Shown: positions 10,401-17,282 of the stretch, in pieces
Numbering within the stretch: the first letter of the stretch is position 1
How the letters are laid out: each line of letters begins with the position of its first letter
Assembly (NCBI GenBank): GCA_943357915.1
Contig: CALRGQ010000002.1
Coordinates: 1-63,191 of the forward strand
Source: Candidatus Peribacteria bacterium
GTDB taxonomy: Bacteria > Patescibacteriota > Gracilibacteria > Peribacterales > Peribacteraceae
DNA length: 63,191 bases
Direction of reading: 5' to 3'
Position numbers and translations under genes: made by a program
The notes under the pieces: model-generated
Told to the model about the DNA's origin: nothing
Databases searched by the model: none
What the model saw: the letters and a program-made list of their open reading frames with translations, nothing else

Positions 10401-12974
10401 AATGCTGCGGCTTTGACCACTACTGAGGTAGTCGATCTGTGGACACTCGACGGTGTTGCCTACTTGGTGACAACCAACCTCAGACTCAGCGTCGTTGTAT
10501 GTGAGACCTGCGGGGATGGTGTCACGAACGATAATGTTTTCTGCGCGCGTAGGGCTGATATTTTTCACTGCCAATTTATACGTAATCGTATCGCCGACTT
10601 TTGCCGTCGCATCGCCAGTCTTGATGATCTCGAGATCTGTCGGAACGATACAGGCTGGATCGGGTTCAAAATTGAGTAAGAAGTTATCACTACCGGTGCT
10701 GACCGTCGTATAGAACGGAATGACCTGTGCACCAGGCTGGAAGAATACTTCATCATCACCCGCATCTTCATCAAAGGTTTGATTCCCCTGCTCTTCTAAA
10801 GGATCGGTTTCATTCGGACGGTTGGTAAAGGCTGTGAAACGGCCACCCTCAAGGATGATGCGACCATGCATTATTTCACGAGTGATGAAATCAGAAGCCA
10901 TGCCGTGGTTACGGAATGTGATGGTGTTCTGACCGCGCTGAACGTTCAGTCCACGGCGAGCAGGGACGACAGGATCGGTGACAGTAACACCGTTTTTGAC
11001 CAGATCGATCTGTTGACCAGGGGACACGGTTTGACCGATGCCAAGCTCTACCTTGGCAATTGCATCACCGGCATTGATGTTAGCGACTTTGAAGAATTCG
11101 ACGCGCATACGAATGTCGCCATTTGCAGGGCAGGAAATCGGAGGCACGGGCTGAGAACACGTGAACGTCGTTCTAGCGTCATCCTCGTTATTCATATTCG
11201 TTTCTGGAGTCGAGGTGATGACGCGTGCTGTATTGGTGACAGAGCCACCACAGTTGGCACGAGCTGAGATCGTGACCGGGATAACCAGTGTGACCGACGC
11301 ATTGCCGGCAAGCGTGCCCAGCTGACATTCGACCATGCCACCGTTATTGTTGCATCCCGAAGGAAGTGGTGCTGAAAGATTAAGAGGCGCTGGGATCTGA
11401 TCCGACATCACGACATTCTCTGCAGGTACTGCCGTCGTGTTCGTCACTTTGATCGTATAGGCAAAGCCACCATCTACATCATTATGGAACGTCGCAGGTC
11501 CATCTTTCTCGATCTTGAGTTCAGTTTTCTGTGTAGGACAGGTGACCATAGTCTCAGCAGTATCTTTATTGTTAGCTTGGCTCATCTCTGAGGTAGACGT
11601 TGCAACTTCTCCGGTGTTGTTCACGGTGCCACAGGTGCTCTGTGCCGTATCAAATCTGATCACGATACTGCGGCTCTGACCTGCGCTCAGGTAATCGATC
11701 TGTGGACACTCGACGGTGTTACCAACTTGGTGACAGCCAGTTTCAGACTGAGCGTCATTGTACGTGAGGCCTGCAGGGATGGTGTCACGAACGACGATGT
11801 TGTTAGCACGTGCTGGTCCGTGGTTCGTGATTGCAAGTGTATAGGTGAGAATTTCGCCATTTTTTACAGTTGCAGGAGCAGTTTTAATGATTTCAAGATC
11901 TGTCTCTTGTGCTGTACACGTGAAATCAGTGAAGACAGTCGTTTGATTATTTCCGACGTTTATTTCAGGTGTCGTCGTTGTGACACGAGCTGTATTTTCT
12001 ACTCTGGTAGAACATACTGAGCGTGCAGGAGCTGTAACGCTGATGACAAATTCACGCAGAGCATTTCCTGTAAGAGTGCCTGCAGTGCAGGTAACCATGT
12101 TGCCATTTTTTGTACAACCAGATGGCACTGAGTTGATGGTAAATACGGAAGGTATTGCATCTGTAATAACAACATTTTCGGCTGTGACGCCTTGTGTTGC
12201 ATTAACAGCACTCAACCGATAATCGAAGGTGGAAGCTGAATCATTATTGAGAGTAGGCGGTGCATATTTCGTCACGACGATGTCGGTCTGTAGAGAAGTG
12301 CATGTGAAATTCGTCTGAGCAGAAGCTTGGTTATTATTCGGATTCGTTTCCTGCGTTGATGTCGCTACTGACGCAGTATTTGGGATTGTCTGACCACAGA
12401 CAGAACGAGCAGCGGCTGTGACGCTGATGTTGTACTCTTGCGAACCGTTTGCAGAAATTGTGCCACGCGTACATGTCAGGGTATTGCCGTTCTTCGTACA
12501 TCCAGAGGGAACTGACGTGACAATAAGAGGCTGAGGAATCGTGTCCGTGATGACAACGTTTTCTGCAGGAATAGTTGACGTATTCGAAGCTGTGAGAGTG
12601 TAATTAACGTTGCTCGTCGTATCGTTACTCAATGTTACGGTAGCAGTCTTTGTGATGGTGACGTCGGTCTCCTGGACAGGACAGATAACCTGCGTCTGTG
12701 CATCATCCGTATTGTTCTGCGTATTCGTTTCAGGCGTAGACGTAGCGACTGTTCCAATGTTATTCACGGTGCCACAGGTGCTCTGTGCCGTATCAAATTT
12801 GATGATGATCGTGCGGCTTTGGCCACCACTGAGGTAGTCGATCTGCGGACACTCGACGGTGTTACCAACTTGGTGACAAGGAGCTTCTGACTGGGCGTCG
12901 TTGTACGTGAGGCCTGAAGGAATCATGTCACGGACAACAATGTGCTCTGCGCGTACTGTTCCGAGATTCGTCAC
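7434..12974 (-). CDS. Giant surface protein, distal part (DUF11 conserved-repeat domains, Cna-B/prealbumin-like domain, Pro/Tyr stalk, C-terminal TM anchor). In frame with 12978-15407 across one TAA.
   Basis: More than 10 repeats of the DUF11 pattern (D..I.K......G..ItY.l.vtN.Gpa.A.NvvitD.iP.gl). C-terminal hydrophobic segment AVFYATLLAFVAVGSAAA. The annotated GTG start lies inside a repeat unit. Confidence 0.8.
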   Translation of the reverse strand: MTNLGTVRAEHIVVRDMIPSGLTYNDAQSEAPCHQVGNTVECPQIDYLSGGQSRTIIIKFDTAQSTCGTVNNIGTVATSTPETNTQNNTDDAQTQVICPVQETDVTITKTATVTLSNDTTSNVNYTLTASNTSTIPAENVVITDTIPQPLIVTSVPSGCTKNGNTLTCTRGTISANGSQEYNISVTAAARSVCGQTIPNTASVATSTQETNPNNNQASAQTNFTCTSLQTDIVVTKYAPPTLNNDSASTFDYRLSAVNATQGVTAENVVITDAIPSVFTINSVPSGCTKNGNMVTCTAGTLTGNALREFVISVTAPARSVCSTRVENTARVTTTTPEINVGNNQTTVFTDFTCTAQETDLEIIKTAPATVKNGEILTYTLAITNHGPARANNIVVRDTIPAGLTYNDAQSETGCHQVGNTVECPQIDYLSAGQSRSIVIRFDTAQSTCGTVNNTGEVATSTSEMSQANNKDTAETMVTCPTQKTELKIEKDGPATFHNDVDGGFAYTIKVTNTTAVPAENVVMSDQIPAPLNLSAPLPSGCNNNGGMVECQLGTLAGNASVTLVIPVTISARANCGGSVTNTARVITSTPETNMNNEDDARTTFTCSQPVPPISCPANGDIRMRVEFFKVANINAGDAIAKVELGIGQTVSPGQQIDLVKNGVTVTDPVVPARRGLNVQRGQNTITFRNHGMASDFITREIMHGRIILEGGRFTAFTNRPNETDPLEEQGNQTFDEDAGDDEVFFQPGAQVIPFYTTVSTGSDNFLLNFEPDPACIVPTDLEIIKTGDATAKVGDTITYKLAVKNISPTRAENIIVRDTIPAGLTYNDAESEVGCHQVGNTVECPQIDYLSSGQSRSILIRFDVAQNTCGTTIQNRATVQTSTQDTNQANNESVFSTTIAACPLPTDIRLEKSAIGTLSNDAVSPFSYTLIVTNVSATAAENVIITDTIPQALTITSVPTGCSANGKTITCLLPTLAANVSHSYLIGVSAPALSLCNNSVTNNAYATTTTPETTTTNNGDDASTSFTCATPTADVAIVKTAAYPTVPYGSTIDYVLTVTNNGPATATNVVVTDTFPSGFKYVAQSGATCNTTNGVMTCTIPSIASQNTVAIQLTLKAPDAPVTQCQNNAVTNTATVTNAVQDPNLANNTSSVQTGLICPPTPSFTITKTDNRTQVQPGEQLTYIVTVTNTSSVQATNVIVRDTLPSFLTYVSSSAGGVNAGQVVTWSGLTFSPLEQKSFTVNATVNASAPNNTVLHNIATVNDTVQAFDDTTVFVPVMTGCIDIIKIAHDEQNQPITPVPTFTFRLAGGQQVTSNASGTAKFTNVATGTQTVTEDLPTGWTQTSVVPANGNVTVASGNQCATVTFTNKRNLSVDVRITKTGLTTVPFGSQITYSIVATNDGPADAQNVVIKDAIPAGMSFVSASGVVCTNTTSEIQCQVGSLLKNQSTPIITVTLTAPAAPTTCTASSVTNTAVVQTTSTDSNTANNTSSAVTQLTCPIATTDLAITKTGPSSVARGSTISYVITATNNGPATATNVVITDNFSPEFTYSTASGATCTTNGTVLTCNLGTMTSGQSTPITVTFNVRTVSGTCSTMTVTNIATIASSTTESNTSNNTSGTVSTQLTCTNTTNDISVYKTDNRTTANVLERLRYSIIITNNNSTAANNLLVTDNVPYGLTILTVSDGGSVNAQQVRWTNISVPANSSRTLYIDTEVRNDVSNGTVVTNTVDVSGKTATDQTTIYRDTYVNPPPPPYYNPPPPYYNPPPPYYPPNPPYYPPNPPPPVIYPQTGDRVAGFYAKNDVSSITPVAPKAAQEDNGYTAVFYATLLAFVAVGSAAATRFISFGL
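7624..7738 (-). repeat. Tandem Pro/Tyr-rich coding repeat (PPPPYYN-type stalk)
   Basis: Encodes NPPPPPYYNPPPPYYNPPPPYYPPNPPYYPPNPPPP. The plus strand shows iterated ggtggaggattgta units. Confidence 0.8.
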
Positions 12975-12977
12975 GTC

Positions 12978-15407
12978 TTATTCGTAGGTGATCATGTCGC
13001 CACGTGTGACAGTTGCAGGAGCAGACTTCAGAATTTGGAGGTCGGTCTCCTTCATAGGAACCTGGCAGCTGTTATTGCAACTATCGTCATTATTCTGGTT
13101 GCCGTCATCACACTGTTCTGGCTGTCCGTTACCATTCATATTCTGGACCGTGCCATCACCACACCTGGTGAGCTGACACTGGTTCGTACAAGTGTCATTA
13201 TTGTTCTGATTTCTATCATCACACTGTTCCTGATCACCGTCGCCATTCGGATTCTGGACAATGCCATCACCACAACTCGTGAGCTGACACTGGTTAGTAC
13301 AAGCGTCATTATCGTTCGGATTGCCGTCATCACATTGTTCGGGCGCTTCTACTTTTGCATTACCGCACCGAGGAGGCTCAGAACAACGCACCCAGAGGTT
13401 GCGAGCACTGGTCACATCACGTTGATTCGCGGGTAGCGTCGTATCTCCAACCGGGAGAAAATAATCTCTATTACCACTTGTCCATTTCGCAGCAACCTGA
13501 AGAGTCGTGGAATATTTTCCTGCATCAGGAGTAATATTCACCGTCGTGGATTTTTCCTGTGCAACAACACAGATGTTTTTTGTTTTCACGAGAGCTCCTG
13601 CGCAACTGTTACTGGAGTGCATAAAATCATAGACGACTTTCCAGTTTGCATTGACACCATCCAGTGTTGTTTGGAGTCCCCCATTTTTATCAGCACGAGC
13701 GATGACATGCGCCTGAGCTAACTTATTTTCACACACACCAAATTCAACACGGTACTCAAGTGGAACTGCATTACACTCATATGTCCCCACGGGAGCATCA
13801 TGAATAGGTCGGTTCACGAAAATAGACACAACTTGACGATCTGGAAATAGTCCCCACACAGACGCCATGCTCCGAGCGCTATTCACCACGATACCGTTTT
13901 GCGTTGGTGCAAAAGCAGCAAAGTAATTGTTTTGGAAATCTGGTTCATCACTGCCGACAACTTCGTCCGCGAGAGGAGCTGATGAAAATTCCTGTGCATC
14001 AACAACGTTAAAATTGGCAAGAATAATCGATAGTATGACAACAGCAGCAAGAGGCCGATGCAGAACGTTTGCAAGTTCAAGAAAAGACATCCGACTTGTG
14101 CGACGGACGAGGAGTATGCATCCAGCAAGCGCGAGCAAGATTGCCGTAGCAAACAGAGCCCACACAGGCTTCATATACCATGAAATAGTTTGCGATGTGA
14201 TCGTTTTGCTCCTCAGTTCTGCAAGAGTCTTGAGAGAGATATGTGCATCAAATGTCCGTGACGAGAGTACGTGTGATTTCTGATCACGAATTGTCACTCT
14301 CATCGAAGGACTACCAACCATATCTCGGGAAAGTACGACGCGTGCCATGCCGGATCCAATAGCATCTGTCATGTGGATATCACCGACCATGACCTGGCCA
14401 AGAGAACCGACAGAGTCCTGAAGATCAACCTGAACCGATCCCGTGAAATATGTTTCTGCATCCGCAGAACCTGCATATTCAACAGTGATATATGTCGATT
14501 CTCCTTTGAGGAGCCCTGGAGTAGCGATGCGAGCTGAGAGCACATCAGCACTGATACCTCTTGTAACCGTGCGGTACTCAGCGATATTGGAATTCACACC
14601 GTTTTCTCCCTTCAGAGACAGTACGGTGACATAAACACCAGGAGTCGATATGGCAGGTACTGTCAAAGAAAGCTCTTTGGATTCATGTGCCTCCAAGACA
14701 ACAGGATCAAGAGTGATAGTCTTCAGCACTCCGCGCGCAGCATTAAAAGGATAGATACGTACTTCTGGATGTGCGACAACCCTCGTGGCACTATTATTCG
14801 TCGCTTGTGCAGATAAGCCAATCGGTGCTCCGGGGTCTATATTTGGTCCTGTGTCAGCTACTACTTTCTCATTGTTAAACTCTGCAAGTACAAGAGATGG
14901 GTCTGACAAAAGAATGACATTCTTAGGCGAGCCACTCACGGTAAAATAATTTGTCGCCCAACCGAGTGCTCGGCCACCTCCGTGCAATGCCTGGACAACC
15001 ACCTTATACGTTCCGTTCGGCAATGCTGAGATGTCCTGCGAAAAATCTATTGTCTCAGTAGCACCAGGAGCAAGCGATGGAAGATTGACAGGAGTCGACT
15101 CGATGAATCGATTGTCATTACCATCTGATACTTTAATGCTGTACTGCAAATCTCCCACAATATCCTGAGACTCTTGGCTGAGGACGGTAAAAGTCCCCTG
15201 TACTTTCTTTCCATCAACCAATGCCGTCTTCAGTGTCGATACGTAGATCTGTGAAGGCTCATACGCATTGGCTAGATCAATGTTCTCCATATCACGGTTC
15301 CCGTACGGAGAGGCTGGACTACTCGTGGAAGGAGCTCGCATAAGCACAAAAGCTCCGAGCGCAAGAGCTGCGAGCACAATGCCTGAGATATATTTCTTAC
15401 GATCCAT
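12978..15407 (-). CDS. Giant surface protein, proximal part (signal peptide, ~400-aa domain, mid-protein TM pair, Cys-rich repeats, first half of a DUF11 unit)
   Basis: ATG at 15407 (MDRKKYISGIVLAALALGAFVL is signal-like). Ends at TAA 12975-12977 in the middle of a DUF11 repeat. Confidence 0.75.
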   Translation of the reverse strand: MDRKKYISGIVLAALALGAFVLMRAPSTSSPASPYGNRDMENIDLANAYEPSQIYVSTLKTALVDGKKVQGTFTVLSQESQDIVGDLQYSIKVSDGNDNRFIESTPVNLPSLAPGATETIDFSQDISALPNGTYKVVVQALHGGGRALGWATNYFTVSGSPKNVILLSDPSLVLAEFNNEKVVADTGPNIDPGAPIGLSAQATNNSATRVVAHPEVRIYPFNAARGVLKTITLDPVVLEAHESKELSLTVPAISTPGVYVTVLSLKGENGVNSNIAEYRTVTRGISADVLSARIATPGLLKGESTYITVEYAGSADAETYFTGSVQVDLQDSVGSLGQVMVGDIHMTDAIGSGMARVVLSRDMVGSPSMRVTIRDQKSHVLSSRTFDAHISLKTLAELRSKTITSQTISWYMKPVWALFATAILLALAGCILLVRRTSRMSFLELANVLHRPLAAVVILSIILANFNVVDAQEFSSAPLADEVVGSDEPDFQNNYFAAFAPTQNGIVVNSARSMASVWGLFPDRQVVSIFVNRPIHDAPVGTYECNAVPLEYRVEFGVCENKLAQAHVIARADKNGGLQTTLDGVNANWKVVYDFMHSSNSCAGALVKTKNICVVAQEKSTTVNITPDAGKYSTTLQVAAKWTSGNRDYFLPVGDTTLPANQRDVTSARNLWVRCSEPPRCGNAKVEAPEQCDDGNPNDNDACTNQCQLTSCGDGIVQNPNGDGDQEQCDDRNQNNNDTCTNQCQLTRCGDGTVQNMNGNGQPEQCDDGNQNNDDSCNNSCQVPMKETDLQILKSAPATVTRGDMITYE
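13059..13367 (-). repeat. Three tandem Myxococcus-type cysteine-rich repeats (CGDG....E.CDDGN...D.C...C)
   Basis: Units of 31, 37 and 35 aa: CGNAKVEAPEQCDDGNPNDNDACTNQCQLTS / CGDGIVQNPNGDGDQEQCDDRNQNNNDTCTNQCQLTR / CGDGTVQNMNGNGQPEQCDDGNQNNDDSCNNSCQV. Confidence 0.7.
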
Positions 15408-15630
15408 GGGGGCAGGGAGAAAGAAAAGACGAGGGAAATGACAAATGAAGAAAAAGGAGCGAATTATAACCAAAGAGTCCAAACTTGTCAAATAGAAAAA
15501 TTGTGGGGAAATTTACTGTCTGACGTATAACAAGAGAAGTTGGTTTTTCTCTACGGTGAGAGAGAAACTGCAGTTACAAAACTAAACAAACATGTGGTGC
15601 TTTTTATGATTGTGCGTAAGATATGAACAA

Positions 15631-16143
15631 ATGCAAGATCCCATAGAACTGATTGAATCGGCATACAATGACTATTCTGACGCGATTTTCCGGCATTGTT
15701 ATCTGCGTGTCTCCAACCGCGATGTTGGTAAGGACATCATGCAAGATGCGTTTATCAAGGCGTATCAATATGCAAAGAAAGGCGAGAAGATCGATAATGT
15801 GCGTGCTTTTCTCTATAAAATAGCCAATAACCTGATCATCGACTATTTCCGCAAAGCCAAAGAAGCCTCACTGGATGCCATGAAAGAAGTCGGGTTTGAC
15901 CCTAAGGGAAGCGATGGAGCGGACTTCGGCACCGCGCTGGATGAAGAAGTTGTCGTACGTACGCTCAACAAATTACGTCCGGAAGACAGGGAGCTGATCG
16001 TCATGCGCTATATCGATAATCTCAAACCGCGTGAAATAGCCGTGATTCTTGGCTTGGCTGCAAATACCGTCTCGGTCAGGATTCATCGCGCCATTAAAGA
16101 GCTGGAACCGTATCTCAAAAACCCTCATGAAACACGAGTTTGA
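15631..16143 (+). CDS. ECF-type RNA polymerase sigma-70 family factor
   Basis: Region 2 (IFRHCYLRV...DIMQDAFIKAY, FLYKIANNLIIDYFRK) and region 4 (RELIVMRYIDNLKPREIAVILGLAANTVSVRIHRAIKEL). ATG at 15631. Confidence 0.85.
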   Translation: MQDPIELIESAYNDYSDAIFRHCYLRVSNRDVGKDIMQDAFIKAYQYAKKGEKIDNVRAFLYKIANNLIIDYFRKAKEASLDAMKEVGFDPKGSDGADFGTALDEEVVVRTLNKLRPEDRELIVMRYIDNLKPREIAVILGLAANTVSVRIHRAIKELEPYLKNPHETRV

Positions 16144-17224
16144 ATCCTTCATCGCACAAGCTCGTGTTATTCGTCTGCAGCCAGCGGAAAAAGAAGATAT
16201 GCGAAAAAGCCTACTTTCTGATGTAAGGAAAGGAGGTGATGAACGTCTAGGGGTTATGCATCACGACAAATTTTTGAATGTTGCTAAAAACATTTCTTTG
16301 CATTCCGATGAAAAAGCTCAGGTACGAGCATTGATTTTTGCAGCAATCGAACAGGACGCTCAAGGGTCTCGCTTGCAATTTCATGGCTTCAGACGGCTCT
16401 TTTCAAGCGTTATGGCCTCGGTCATGCTCTTCGTGGTCTTTGGTGCGGGAATATCGTATGCCGCAGAATCGGCTCTACCAGGCGATGTGCTCTATCCGAT
16501 CAAAGTAAATGTGACGGAAACTCTTCTCCTCAGATTGAATAACTCGCTCGAGGCCAAAGCCCGCGTGCGAGCCAGACTTGCGACACGCAGGTTGGAAGAA
16601 GCTGAAAGACTTGCGGCAGCGTCACTCTTGAATACGGAACGAATTGCGATCATTGAAGAACGTCTTGCAGTACACGTCGCTGCGCTGGAAACTGACCTCA
16701 GAGAGCTGTCCGTCCTCAACAAAAAAGCATCTGCGGATATCGCTATCGATACGGCAGCAGAGATTGAGGCCCATGAAAATTTGCTGCTGAGAATCGTCCA
16801 AGAAAAAGACAGGCAAGCCATGAAGACACTTCTCAAGACAACGGAAAAAGCACGTAACATTACTGCAATTACGGCTATTGCAGATGTCGATGCGTCGGAG
16901 ATCATCGCTATCACCAAGGCAAGAGCAGAACAAGAAATCTTGAAGGTAAAGTCTGCGGTTAAAACGAAAGAAAATGCCGAAGTGACCGAAGCCATTGTGA
17001 AAGCTGAAACAGAGCTCACCGTATCGGTAACAGCTGATATTCCCGCCAGTGTCCAAATCGAAAAATCTGTCTCAGCGCTTAGAAAAGCCAAAGAAGTCAA
17101 AGTATTTCTGCAACAACCACCAGAGGTAAAACTGAAGCTTGTGTCCCCTTTGCCTCCACCCGAATCTCTGCGTCTTGAGAAACGGATGCAGCAAAAAAAA
17201 CAGTTGCAATTGGAAGCAGAGTGA
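16127..17224 (+). CDS. Anti-sigma-like membrane protein with a helical extracytoplasmic domain (resembles what I recall as the DUF5667 type)
   Basis: The ATG at 16127 overlaps the end of the sigma gene by 17 nt. One TM (VMASVMLFVVFGAGISYA) followed by the motif LPGDVLYPIKV and a long Ala/Glu/Lys-rich helical region. Confidence 0.65.
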   Translation: MKHEFESFIAQARVIRLQPAEKEDMRKSLLSDVRKGGDERLGVMHHDKFLNVAKNISLHSDEKAQVRALIFAAIEQDAQGSRLQFHGFRRLFSSVMASVMLFVVFGAGISYAAESALPGDVLYPIKVNVTETLLLRLNNSLEAKARVRARLATRRLEEAERLAAASLLNTERIAIIEERLAVHVAALETDLRELSVLNKKASADIAIDTAAEIEAHENLLLRIVQEKDRQAMKTLLKTTEKARNITAITAIADVDASEIIAITKARAEQEILKVKSAVKTKENAEVTEAIVKAETELTVSVTADIPASVQIEKSVSALRKAKEVKVFLQQPPEVKLKLVSPLPPPESLRLEKRMQQKKQLQLEAE

Positions 17225-17282
17225 ACTTCTTGCGAGAGCCAGCCTTCTTCCGTAGGCTTCATCGTGCCGTTTTCTTTCGCAT

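Noticed and set aside
12975-12977. Stop-codon reassignment (TAA read as sense) as the explanation for the in-frame stop
   Set aside because: TAA terminates well-supported genes in the same window, for example alaS at 19113-19115 and the asparaginase-like gene at 27829-27831. All long ORFs are intact under the standard code. A point mutation, a population variant or a sequencing error is more parsimonious.
16049-16126. The 5' extension of the anti-sigma ORF given in the ORF track (start at 16049)
   Set aside because: The extension lies wholly inside the sigma factor gene in another frame. The ATG at 16127 (MKHEFESF) gives a short overlap with the end of the sigma gene, which is the more plausible arrangement.
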